From contig SBAW01000011.1 in the NCBI GenBank assembly GCA_005239955.1, positions 6,924 through 70,923 on the forward strand: a stretch of 64,000 bases of DNA, read 5' to 3'. Below, piece after piece: positions 1-8,633 of this stretch. Source of the DNA: a bacterium (lineage in GTDB: Bacteria; Patescibacteriota; Minisyncoccia; Phycocordibacterales; SBAW01). The notes under the pieces were generated by a model. It worked only from the letters and a program-made list of their open reading frames with translations, was not told the DNA's origin and searched no databases. How positions within the stretch are numbered: the first letter of the stretch is position 1; the number at the start of each line of letters is the position of its first letter. A program made the translations under genes and the position numbers.

Positions 1-35
1 GGCCGCACCATGTAGCGGCAACGCTCTCGAAGACC

Positions 36-65
36 AAGCGGCGCCTCCCCCGAGGCGCCGCTTTT
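36..65 (+). terminator. Intrinsic terminator-like hairpin
   Basis: AAGCGGCGCCTC-CCCC-GAGGCGCCGCTT followed by TTGCTTTT. Confidence 0.7.
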
Positions 66-112
66 GCTTTTCTGTACTCGCTGCTTCGATTTGGCGAGTG
101 TATGCTTAAGGC

Positions 113-2425
113 ATGAAAACTGAGGGCCCAAAATTTTGGCAGCCTAACGACAAGGGATCGAAGCGTCGTTCGAAAAAACAAAATCCAGTAGTGCGTCCAT
201 CATACAATCCGCCTTTTGTATCAAAAAAGACAACCGTCGTATCAACCTCCGTTACCGACGAGAAGACGCCTTCAGTTTCAGCAGAGCCACACTCAAAATA
301 TGTTAACCCCTATAAGTGGGCAGATGATTTTAATACTCGTACAAAAGCCATCGAGGTAAGACAGCCGACAAAAACTCAAAATACTGAGGCCAAGGCGGCG
401 ATTCCTGGCGATTCACGCGCACACATGTCAGAAAGCGAAAGGATTGAAGAATTTACTGAAACTGGAAATTTTTCGTATCTCACACCAGCTCTCGCACGCA
501 AATTAGGCTTTGCTGTTGATGAAAACGGGGTCATCTCACTCTCTACCGAAGACGAAGATACTTTTCGGCATAACGAACTTCTTAAGCTCGGCATTGACAC
601 TGGCGCCCTTCGCAACACGTCTCCAGAATCTGCTCTCGTACAGCTCATTCCACTTGCGGCGACGCGACAAAGTTCGCACGACGATGATGGTGTCGAAAAC
701 AGAAAGTATATTGCGGAGGGTGAAATCCTCGCGCTCATCAGAGAACATCCGGAGAAATATGTCCACGCACTCTTTCGCCTCATTGATCTTAGGCATACCG
801 CTGGGCTGCAGACCATTGCGCTTGTAGATCATCTGACACACTTGATAAAGGATCACGTAACACAACTGCAGGAAGATCAGCAGAATCCGCATCTTCCAAA
901 AGCGCCTTATTATCGTAATCTTTTGAAATCGCTTGATTACATTATGAGTTCCGCAGAAGAGCTGAAAGGAAGATCTTCTTCGGAGCCGGGGGCACTGTAC
1001 TTCGTGAGTGCGAGAGCACAGGTGCTTGCTGATGAGATATTAGCGCTCGAACCTGTCAAACAAGATGTGGATCAAGTCATCCCTTTCGAACTCATAAAAG
1101 GAACATACGCGTTGTTTAGCGGCGACAAAAACCGAATCTATGTTGCTTCGCGTAGCGTATCGAAGAATGTTGCTCAAGCAATACGGACGGGGTGGACGTC
1201 GGAATTCGTAACGCGTGGCCACGACATCCCCTCTTATGATTATGAGTTTGTACCTGAGGCCGTCATCGATCTGCTCGATGATGTCCTCGACTCCGGGACA
1301 CCCATTGATCAGTATCTTGCCAGCATCCCCGCTCTTTCCGAGAAACTTACGCAGGACATGGTTGACGAATATGTTCTCATGCTTGATTCACGTATGCGAA
1401 AGATTATCGAAACTGACCTCAACATCCGGCTGCGCGATCTGTCCATTCCTGAACAACTCTATTTTCTCGAATATGCCAAAACTACGAGCCTGGGTTCGTT
1501 CGCACAACTTTCAGTATTTGTTCAAATTTACGAATCTCTTGGCCTCAGAACCTTTTTAGCCCTTGAACATTTTGATAAAAATTTTGGTGCAGACATTATT
1601 GAATATGGTAATTGGAAAGATGCTCTTGGCAATCGGGACCATGCCGATGAAGTATTCCATCGTTTCGGGAAGTTACAGGATAAAGTCAATGAAGTAAAAG
1701 AATTTCTCGTCGGACATTTTCATAAGAGTGCCGATAAAAAACTGATTTTCGATGTTCAAGAATATGTCCGTAAGCGAGCCGCGCAGTTTTTGGATGATGT
1801 GTTGAGTCATGGGCCTAGTTGGGAATCGTTCGGTAAGACAATCGAGCTGCTTAAAAAGGCCGATGAAGAAGTGGTTTTATTTACCAGTGCGACTAAATTG
1901 TTACAGAAGCGAGGTGAACTCTCACTTGAAGAAATCCAAGGAGTGTCACTTGAACAATATGAGGGTCAAACTATCTCAGAAAAAGATCGTGCCGAGATGC
2001 TTCGCATTCACGCCGAGCGATATCGCGAAAAATATCCCGCGGATCTCTATGAAACGTTGCATGGCCAACTCACCAAAGCTCTTTCGGATGATTCGTCACG
2101 TTTTTATCTCTTACGGCGCAAAGGAGAAATTGTAACCTATGTGAGGTTTGACAGTGCTGAAGAACATAAGAAAGGTGCACATGTTGCTTCCTTCATGACC
2201 GAGTCACGATTTGCGGGCGGTAATTTGGGCGAAGCGCTCTTTGAAGTCGCTCTTCAGCGCGAGCTCGCTCAAGGAAAAACGATATATGGCGAATGTGATC
2301 CACCACTCGCATCGCTCTATGAGCGGCATGGTTTCAAAGTTGTGCGAAAGTATGTCGATGCTCATGGCGTTCCGACGTCTGATATCGAATTAGCTCCCCC
2401 GTCCTCTTCTTCTGCCGCCGTTTGA
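113..2425 (+). CDS. Large hypothetical protein with C-terminal GNAT acetyltransferase-like domain
   Basis: 770-aa ORF; C-terminal HVASFMTESRFAGGNLGEALF...LYERHGFKVV resembles GNAT motifs A/B; TATGCT -10-like box 6 nt before ATG. Confidence 0.65.
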   Translation: MKTEGPKFWQPNDKGSKRRSKKQNPVVRPSYNPPFVSKKTTVVSTSVTDEKTPSVSAEPHSKYVNPYKWADDFNTRTKAIEVRQPTKTQNTEAKAAIPGDSRAHMSESERIEEFTETGNFSYLTPALARKLGFAVDENGVISLSTEDEDTFRHNELLKLGIDTGALRNTSPESALVQLIPLAATRQSSHDDDGVENRKYIAEGEILALIREHPEKYVHALFRLIDLRHTAGLQTIALVDHLTHLIKDHVTQLQEDQQNPHLPKAPYYRNLLKSLDYIMSSAEELKGRSSSEPGALYFVSARAQVLADEILALEPVKQDVDQVIPFELIKGTYALFSGDKNRIYVASRSVSKNVAQAIRTGWTSEFVTRGHDIPSYDYEFVPEAVIDLLDDVLDSGTPIDQYLASIPALSEKLTQDMVDEYVLMLDSRMRKIIETDLNIRLRDLSIPEQLYFLEYAKTTSLGSFAQLSVFVQIYESLGLRTFLALEHFDKNFGADIIEYGNWKDALGNRDHADEVFHRFGKLQDKVNEVKEFLVGHFHKSADKKLIFDVQEYVRKRAAQFLDDVLSHGPSWESFGKTIELLKKADEEVVLFTSATKLLQKRGELSLEEIQGVSLEQYEGQTISEKDRAEMLRIHAERYREKYPADLYETLHGQLTKALSDDSSRFYLLRRKGEIVTYVRFDSAEEHKKGAHVASFMTESRFAGGNLGEALFEVALQRELAQGKTIYGECDPPLASLYERHGFKVVRKYVDAHGVPTSDIELAPPSSSSAAV

Positions 2426-3201
2426 ACTTTTTTCGGAATATACGCGAGAGGATTTTGCCACGTGAACTCAAAGAGCGAGCGATGCATTTCATAAATATGC
2501 TTGTCGGCGATAACGACGCCGATCATGCGGTCTCCCAAGGTGAAATAAGACACCTTGCCGTCATAAATTTGCATAACCGTACCAAATGACTGCGTCGGCC
2601 AGGGAATAAGTCGCTCTTCCGTAACGTCAGCAAAATAGTTTTCAATGGCTTTGCGGTTTTCCGGCGTATCAACGCCAATATTTTTCTTTCTGAGTCCAAG
2701 TTTGCGGCGGGCTTTTGCGAAGTCGCGACTGATTTCTGGAATCTCTCGCTCGACGGCATCGATGTCGACATATGAGTAAATATCGGTCTTCGATGTGAGT
2801 GCGTCATTCATAACTTCACGGACTCCTTCCTTATCCTCAAAAAAACGAATACCCGGTTTGCCGCCGGCGAGATTGAAGTCGCCGGTCAGCTTGTCGACAA
2901 TACCCGAGAGCGCGATGTCCGCTTGCTTGGCACGCCCCAGTCGTTTCTCGATGAGTTCCTTAAGTTTGAGCGGATGAGCTGCGGCGAAGATCGCCACTTT
3001 CTGCGGCTCTTCTTTTTTCTCAACCAGCCCCTCCGTCATCAATTGTTCGAGCACCTTATAGACAAGGGGACGCGAAATTTGGAGGCCGCCTCGGCGCGGA
3101 ATCAGGCTTGCCGGAAGCGGGCCCGTTTTTACGAGCGTTTCGTAGACACCTGCTTGATCGCTGGTGAGTCCTGTCTGAACCAATGTTTGTTCATATGCCA
3201 T
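2362..3201 (-). CDS. TrmB-family transcriptional regulator (N-terminal wHTH)
   Basis: GLTSDQAGVYETLV...SRPLVYKVLEQL..GLV HTH; PGIRFFEDKEGV and IYDGKVSYF typical of CPR TrmB-like proteins; start set at ATG 3201 (TATCCT 6 nt upstream). Confidence 0.8.
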   Translation of the reverse strand: MAYEQTLVQTGLTSDQAGVYETLVKTGPLPASLIPRRGGLQISRPLVYKVLEQLMTEGLVEKKEEPQKVAIFAAAHPLKLKELIEKRLGRAKQADIALSGIVDKLTGDFNLAGGKPGIRFFEDKEGVREVMNDALTSKTDIYSYVDIDAVEREIPEISRDFAKARRKLGLRKKNIGVDTPENRKAIENYFADVTEERLIPWPTQSFGTVMQIYDGKVSYFTLGDRMIGVVIADKHIYEMHRSLFEFTWQNPLAYIPKKVQTAAEEEDGGANSISDVGTP

Positions 3202-3230
3202 AGATGGAGGATAGCAAGAATCGGACATTT

Positions 3231-3359
3231 TGTCAATACTGTGTGACAGTTATATCCAGTATTTCCATTCTATGCTTTACTAAAAGGCTTAAATATGGTG
3301 ACAATATAATAAATTTCTGTCACCATGATATTGACATTAAGTCAAATAGCTGCTATCAT
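3231..3359 (+). promoter_or_regulatory. Sigma70 promoter with TGTCA-N8/9-TGACA operator-like boxes
   Basis: TTGACA(3331)-17 nt-TATCAT(3354); inverted boxes 3231-3248 and 3318-3336; TGGTGACA/TGTCACCA at 3296/3318. Confidence 0.65.
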
Positions 3360-3364
3360 GTGTG

Positions 3365-4085
3365 CAGAATCAAGTTCGTTAAAGGGAGGTAATGAACGGA
3401 TCGCCCCCCATTCTCTAGGTCCTTAATTAGGACGGGCACTGCGGCCCTTCGCGAAAGCGAGCTAAGCGCAGAAAGAGGAGAGAGTGGGGATGAGAGGCAA
3501 TCCAATCAATATCTCGTTTGCCGATAACGCGCTCTGGTTTCGATGGGCCGCAAACTTCTCGAGACTATCGAGCTCTGTCTATAAGGCGAGCGTTATCACC
3601 CGTGTCCTGAAGGAGCGACAGACTTTCATGCTTCTTCGGGGAGACATCGGCGGGAGAGGAGGGACTAACCACCTCTCGTCTTCCGGAATGTCTCTACTGC
3701 TTTGGGATGCCAAAGAATGGGAGAGAGGTTTTTTGAAAACTGAATAGTGAACTAGGAATGATCGCAGAACAATAGTTTCTGTCTTATACACAGAACGACT
3801 GCATTGTTGTTCCTCGTCACCGTACTGCGGCGATAGCGTAAGAAACTTATAGCTCGGTTCGGTACGAGGGATCGCATAGCGCGATTCCAAAGAGGAGAAG
3901 AGAAACAAAAACATTACGTCACAGCTCTTCACTCCTCATGAGTTTTTGATTCAAACTTTTTATTCTAGTGTTTTGCAAAACACTAGAATAAGGAGAGAAG
4001 CCGAAGTAATTTCGAAAATTCATGAGGGGCGTGTCGCTCCAGCCCATCTCGCGAGGGGGTCGCGAGCATCGAGCCATAAGGAGGG
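3365..4085 (+). ncRNA. Candidate long structured RNA or 5' leader (about 700 nt)
   Basis: No credible ORF; consecutive helices by eye, e.g. 3406-3416/3479-3489, 3419-3423/3429-3433, TCGC-GAAA-GCGA 3449-3460, 3523-3530/3590-3597; follows a consensus promoter. Confidence 0.4.
3960..3991. repeat. Perfect 32-bp palindrome (REP-like)
   Basis: TTATTCTAGTGTTTTGCAAAACACTAGAATAA; similar TTATTCT...TGCA...AGAATAA arrangement at 5535-5578. Confidence 0.8.
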
Positions 4086-4089
4086 CACG

Positions 4090-4488
4090 ATGGACCAGTT
4101 TTTCGACCTACTCGGCAAAGTCGCTGACTTTGCCGGAGCCGTCGGCGGGATCATCTCCGCCGTCGGCGTACTGAAACTCCTGGCCCGGCAGGGCCAGGAA
4201 AAGCAGGACGTGCGCGTCCTGCTGACGATTCAGGGCGAGGGGAGGAGCGTCGAGCTCCCTCTCGTCTTGAAGCGGCGCGACGTGAGTCGCGCCGAGTTGC
4301 TTGGCCGCATCGGGATGCTCCCGATGCGGCAAAAGGGGGCGAGGTTTTCCCTTCGCGCCCTCTCAACCGCCGCCTTCATGGCGGCGGTCAACGAGGTCGT
4401 GGACGGGAAGTCCACCACGCTCGTCATTCCCGCCTCGCGAGAGGAGGTCGAGCAATTCGATCTTCCCGCGGGCGGGACGGCGGCCTAG
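4090..4488 (+). CDS. Hypothetical single-TM membrane protein
   Basis: SD AAGGAGGG before ATG 4090; N-terminal hydrophobic helix; GC-rich codons. Confidence 0.7.
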   Translation: MDQFFDLLGKVADFAGAVGGIISAVGVLKLLARQGQEKQDVRVLLTIQGEGRSVELPLVLKRRDVSRAELLGRIGMLPMRQKGARFSLRALSTAAFMAAVNEVVDGKSTTLVIPASREEVEQFDLPAGGTAA

Positions 4489-4737
4489 CGCATAGGGCCG
4501 CCGCGGAGATGTGGGGACTCCGTATTGATTCCTCACTTGGGCGACGCGCGCGTCGAGCGCGTTGTCCGTTGGAAGCTTCGGGGTCTCACGAAGGCCTCGT
4601 AGCTTCCCGAGAGTTTGCAGGTTCTCTCGCTGGTTAAAAACCTGCAACGGTTTGGGGTGAGCGTGGCTTGGTCGCTGCGCTCGCCTCCTTTTTCGAGAGC
4701 GTGGAATGGTTCGCGCACTCGAACAGAGGAGAGAGTA

Positions 4738-5130
4738 ATGATCAAAATAAAAATCCTCTCCGGACCTTACGCGGGGAAGGAGAGGGAGATAACTGAAGAG
4801 ATGGGGGTGGATCCGCACCCGCTCTTTATGGAGTTCGTGCGGTTCGGCTATCGCTGGCATGTGGACTACTCGCGCGCCAACGAGAGCGAGAAGTTCCAGT
4901 GGTGGCGAGAAGATCTCGCGGCACGCATCGTTCGCGCGCTGCGGGAAGGTCGCCCTGTATTCTTCCAAGACGTCGAATACCGCTCATCGTCCAGCAGGGA
5001 CGAGGTGTTCGAGGTCGCCGGCAAGATTGAGGATGCCATCGTCGGCAGCGGCTACTTCGTCACGGTCGGCTACGACGACGAGCGTGGCGTTCTCATCGCG
5101 ACCGGTCCGCGCGAGCACAAACTCCAATGA
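4738..5130 (+). CDS. Hypothetical protein
   Basis: SD-like GAGGAGAG before ATG 4738; 130 aa with protein-like composition. Confidence 0.65.
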   Translation: MIKIKILSGPYAGKEREITEEMGVDPHPLFMEFVRFGYRWHVDYSRANESEKFQWWREDLAARIVRALREGRPVFFQDVEYRSSSSRDEVFEVAGKIEDAIVGSGYFVTVGYDDERGVLIATGPREHKLQ

Positions 5131-5208
5131 AAGGAGGAATAGTTTGTGCTCGCGCTTTCTATTCAGAACGCGAATGGTCGCGTCCTGATTGAAAGAAGGA
5201 GAAGAAAA

Positions 5209-5421
5209 ATGAGATCGAAATCCTCTCGCGTCGTCTTCGGCCTCGTGTTGATCGCCACAGGGGTCGCATATGCCGAATACGCGTGGCCCAAAATGGCCCA
5301 CCTCGGTTGGCTCCAGCCGACATGGATTATCCCGCCAGCCCTCATTCTGTGCGGGATCGCCCTCGGCATTTCCGCCTTCTGGAAACGCAGGGGCCCCAAA
5401 GACCCCGCCAATGATGTGTGA
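5209..5421 (+). CDS. Small two-TM hypothetical protein
   Basis: SD AAGGAG; two hydrophobic segments. Confidence 0.55.
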   Translation: MRSKSSRVVFGLVLIATGVAYAEYAWPKMAHLGWLQPTWIIPPALILCGIALGISAFWKRRGPKDPANDV

Positions 5422-5480
5422 AAGGAGTATATTCAGGACGAGCCGCAAACTGTGCGGCTCGTCCACCATATCGAGTTTTT

Positions 5481-5803
5481 ATCCTGAGCGTAGTCGAAGG
5501 ATGAAGATTCGTCAGGGATTGCGAAAAAGAAAGTCCTTATTCTTATGTTCTGCAGAACTACAGAGCATCAGAATAAGGATAAGGCGCGCAAATGGTTGTC
5601 AGGGCGCCTGGTGTGATATCGGAGAGAGCCGCGTTTTGGATATGTTCACGTTAGTGGAGATATTCAAAAACTCTCTCCTCGAGCCGAGCACTAAATTTTG
5701 AAAGATTTTAGTGCTCGGTAAACGCGGGTTTCTCCCCGCTGTCGCACCCGGCGTTTTGATCGCCCTATAACCATTCTCTTATTCGCACGAATAGGGGAAT
5801 GGT
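5481..5803. repeat. Cluster of nested REP-like palindromes
   Basis: ATCCTGAGCGTAGTCGAAGGAT 5481-5502; 5535-5578; degenerate outer IR about 5600-5637/5720-5759 around CCGAGCACTAAA/TTTAGTGCTCGG 5684-5718; 5770-5803. Confidence 0.7.
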
Positions 5804-5864
5804 CTTAAGAATCTAAAAATGTTCGATAGTTTTCGCGCACCATACCGTCTGCTATAGTATGCTC

Positions 5865-6074
5865 ATGTATACAGCGATATATAAAAAAGCTCGAAGCGGC
5901 TATGTTGCTTGGATCGAGGAAATTCCTGGCGTAAACACGCAAGGTGAGACTAAGCGAGAAGCGCAAGAGAATTTGCGTGATGCGTTGAAGGAATTTCTTG
6001 TCGCACGACGCGAAATTACTCGTCGCGCACAGCAGAGCGGTACTATTTCGCGGGGGCGTCTTGCGGTCGCCTAG
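5865..6074 (+). CDS. hicB: HicB-family antitoxin
   Basis: YVAWIEEIPGVNTQGETKREAQENLRDAL motif; TATAGT 6 nt before ATG 5865 (alternative ATG 5859). Confidence 0.9.
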   Translation: MYTAIYKKARSGYVAWIEEIPGVNTQGETKREAQENLRDALKEFLVARREITRRAQQSGTISRGRLAVA

Positions 6075-6082
6075 CTCGTCTC

Positions 6083-6277
6083 ATGAGACGTCGGGACCTT
6101 GAGCGCCATCTGCGCTTCAACGGCTGTCGGTTCTTTCGTGAAGGCGCAAAGCACAGCGTTTACTACAACCCAAAGAATGGTTTACTCACTACCGTGCCAC
6201 GCCATGCAGAACTTAAAACCTTCCTGACGCGAAAGATATGTAAAGATCTGGGAATTCCTCCTCCAACCAGAAGATAG
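6083..6277 (+). CDS. hicA: HicA-family toxin (mRNA interferase)
   Basis: REGAKHSVYYNP...TTVPRH..L...ICKDLGI motif. Confidence 0.9.
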   Translation: MRRRDLERHLRFNGCRFFREGAKHSVYYNPKNGLLTTVPRHAELKTFLTRKICKDLGIPPPTRR

Positions 6278-7291
6278 TCACTGGTCCTCCAATAGCTGCA
6301 GCGTTTTTTCGTTGCGAAGCACCGATTCAACATAAATAGTTACTCGTTCGCGGTCGGCGTCTTTAAACTGCGTGAGGATGTGGTCGGCTTCGCGTTTGAT
6401 GTCCTCCGCTGGGACTTCCACTTTTTCTTCCTCGGCAATTTTGTTGAGTACCAGTTGGAGTCGCGCACGTTTCTCCGCCCCAGAGCGCCACTCTTTACGC
6501 ATCTCTTCTTCGGTTTTCTTGACGTTTTTGAGGTAATCTTCAAGCGATGAGCCGAGGTGCTTGAGGTCTTCGCGAAGCTGCCCAATCATTTTCTCCAGTT
6601 CGCTTTCAATGAAAAGATTCGGGACTTCAAGCCTCGTTTTCTCAAGGATGGCATCAGTTATGGCCGCGCGACGTTTCTCTTTACTCTCTTGCGCGCGGCG
6701 CTCGGTCAGTCCCTTTTTCGTTGTTTCTTTGAGTTCCGCCAAAGTTTTGAAGTTGCCGAGTTGCATCGCAAATGCGTCATCAATTGGCGGCACTATTTCC
6801 TTGCCCTCGGCGTCTTTGCTCTTGAGTTGCCCCTGAAACTCAACCAAGAGTTTCTCAACATCGGCGTCAATAACCGCATCGGGCTCCTTTTTCTCATGTT
6901 TTTTTGCGATCGATTTGTAATCGGGGAGTTTAATCTCGGGCATGACCGCGGTTGTTGCCGTAAATCCGACCGGATTTCCTGGCGCGAGTTTGGTGAGGGT
7001 AACGGTGGGCCGCCCGACCGCTTCAATGCTCTCTTCTTTGACGGCTTCAAGATAGAGTTCGGGGAACGCGTGCTTCACCGCTTCTTCAAGAACGCCTACT
7101 TCGCCGATGCGCTCTAAGATCATATGCTCGGGCACATGGCCTTTCCGAAACCCCGGAAGCTCGGTTTTCTCCTGCAGTTCCTTCATCGCCTTCGCGCGAA
7201 AGGGGAGGAGAACACCAAAGGGAATTTCTCCTTTGATTTCTACTTCCGAGGCAGGGAGTTTTTTTATGGAAATATTCGTTATGCGAGCCAT
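6278..7291 (-). CDS. tig: Trigger factor lacking the FKBP PPIase domain
   Basis: Ribosome-binding signature LPGFRKGHVP; C-terminal SurA-like domain; only 337 aa. Confidence 0.9.
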   Translation of the reverse strand: MARITNISIKKLPASEVEIKGEIPFGVLLPFRAKAMKELQEKTELPGFRKGHVPEHMILERIGEVGVLEEAVKHAFPELYLEAVKEESIEAVGRPTVTLTKLAPGNPVGFTATTAVMPEIKLPDYKSIAKKHEKKEPDAVIDADVEKLLVEFQGQLKSKDAEGKEIVPPIDDAFAMQLGNFKTLAELKETTKKGLTERRAQESKEKRRAAITDAILEKTRLEVPNLFIESELEKMIGQLREDLKHLGSSLEDYLKNVKKTEEEMRKEWRSGAEKRARLQLVLNKIAEEEKVEVPAEDIKREADHILTQFKDADRERVTIYVESVLRNEKTLQLLEDQ

Positions 7292-7310
7292 AAGGAAGAA
7301 AGTTTAGCAC

Positions 7311-7420
7311 AAGGAGTTAGGAATTAGGAAGTTAGGATATAGTGAAACAAAATACAAAACCGGCCGCGAGAGCGGCCGGTTTTGTATCTAACTCCTATCT
7401 CCTAAATCCTATTTCCTATT
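7311..7420. terminator. Terminator hairpin flanked by inverted heptamer repeats
   Basis: ATACAAAACCGGCCGC-GAGA-GCGGCCGGTTTTGTAT-like hairpin; TAGGA-containing units on the left and (TCCTANN)n on the right. Confidence 0.7.
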
Positions 7421-7422
7421 TC

Positions 7423-7764
7423 TTACTGCAGCTCTGCTTCAGCTTGAGTTGTCCCTTCGTCAAGATTATTGAGATCGGTTGCCGAGAGGTCCGCTTCAAT
7501 GGCGCTTGCGGCGTCTGATGACCCTTGGGCGCTCAAGCGATCAGTTTTGCTATCGGGCGCATTTTCAATTTGCGCCGCCTCTTGTCGTGCTTTTTCAAGT
7601 TCGTCCTCCTTTTTCAGTTGTTCGCCCCAGAAGTAGAGGCCGCCAAGGAGAAGCACAATAATAATGATGGCGATACCGACAATAGGACCAATGCTCCCGG
7701 ATTTTTTCGGCGGCATGCCCCCGCTCACTTGAGCGGGATTCATAACAGGTTGCTGATCGTTCAT
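7423..7764 (-). CDS. Hypothetical membrane-anchored protein
   Basis: 113 aa; TM IGPIVGIAIIIIVLLLGGLYFWG; acidic C-terminal tail. Confidence 0.8.
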   Translation of the reverse strand: MNDQQPVMNPAQVSGGMPPKKSGSIGPIVGIAIIIIVLLLGGLYFWGEQLKKEDELEKARQEAAQIENAPDSKTDRLSAQGSSDAASAIEADLSATDLNNLDEGTTQAEAELQ

Positions 7765-7782
7765 AGGAGGTTTGTAGGGTAA

Positions 7783-8508
7783 TTATGGATTCACTTGAAC
7801 ATTCATGTCAACAGAGGCATTTGCGTCAACCGAAGCGGCGTCCGCGTTTGCTTTGGCACCCCCGGCTGCTTTTACTTCGCGGATCGTAGCAACGAGCGCG
7901 GCATGCGCTTCTTTTATAGCCTCAATCGCGAGGCGGATCTTTTCCTTTACTTCCTTAAATATCTCCCCCGGTCGGTCGGCGGAAATCGTGATATCAATTG
8001 AGGCTTTGAGGGCAAGGACGGCCGCATCAGCTTCCGCAATCTCTACTTCAGCCTTCGCGAGAAGCTCTTTTGCCTTGGTCATATCAACGCCCATGTCCTC
8101 GAGTTTTTCGATACGTGCTTCAATGCGCTCCGCAAGTTTCTCAAAACGCAGGACAGCTGCAGAGAGCCGACGCACTATTTTTGCCAGATATGCTTTTGCG
8201 CGCTCCTTTGCCGCTTCGGCGATTTTTTCTCGGCGCTCAGCAGTTGTTGACGCAATTGTTTCTTTTCGTTCCTCGCGTCTCTCCTCTATTTGTTCTTTTG
8301 TTGTCGTTGAGCGGGGTCCCAACGGATTAATAAATGGTTTGGGGCGGACTTTTACGTCAGTTGAACTCGTAGCATTTACGTCTACCTGCGCCGTATCCTC
8401 CGCGCGCACAACGTTACTTGAAATGCTAAAAACCAAAATCAGCACTGCCGAGGTGACGAGAGCGACAAACAGGGCTTTTTTCTTCTGCGGGTTCACGGTA
8501 GTAACCAT
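7783..8508 (-). CDS. Hypothetical exported coiled-coil protein
   Basis: Signal peptide or TM followed by Ala/Glu/Lys-rich helical region. Confidence 0.8.
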   Translation of the reverse strand: MVTTVNPQKKKALFVALVTSAVLILVFSISSNVVRAEDTAQVDVNATSSTDVKVRPKPFINPLGPRSTTTKEQIEERREERKETIASTTAERREKIAEAAKERAKAYLAKIVRRLSAAVLRFEKLAERIEARIEKLEDMGVDMTKAKELLAKAEVEIAEADAAVLALKASIDITISADRPGEIFKEVKEKIRLAIEAIKEAHAALVATIREVKAAGGAKANADAASVDANASVDMNVQVNP

Positions 8509-8633
8509 ACGATACTACTAATAGGTAGCGGTTAGTATATCCCTTCTTCGTCGACATGAAGAGGGGAGGTGTTCACAGACAAGGCAAAACCTTTCTTCAT
8601 GAACCCCTCACCTATGAAGACGTCAAAGGCTCC

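Noticed and set aside
3392-3500. Self-cleaving ribozyme (pistol, twister, hammerhead) or a stop-readthrough peptide after GGGAGGT
   Set aside because: Only CTAAGCG and GAAA fragments match and the catalytic cores are not found. The SD-ATG spacing is 1 nt and the ORF stops after 8 codons.
3484-3932. ORFs 3484-3747(+) and 3579-3932(-) as real genes
   Set aside because: Non-ATG starts, no recognisable motifs, mutual overlap, and coincidence with strong helices; not formally excluded.
7805-8521. 238-aa plus-strand ORF and similar long antisense ORFs (11657-12307, 28820-29530, 40202-40933, 46447-47181)
   Set aside because: They are shadows of well-supported genes on the opposite strand and show no motifs.
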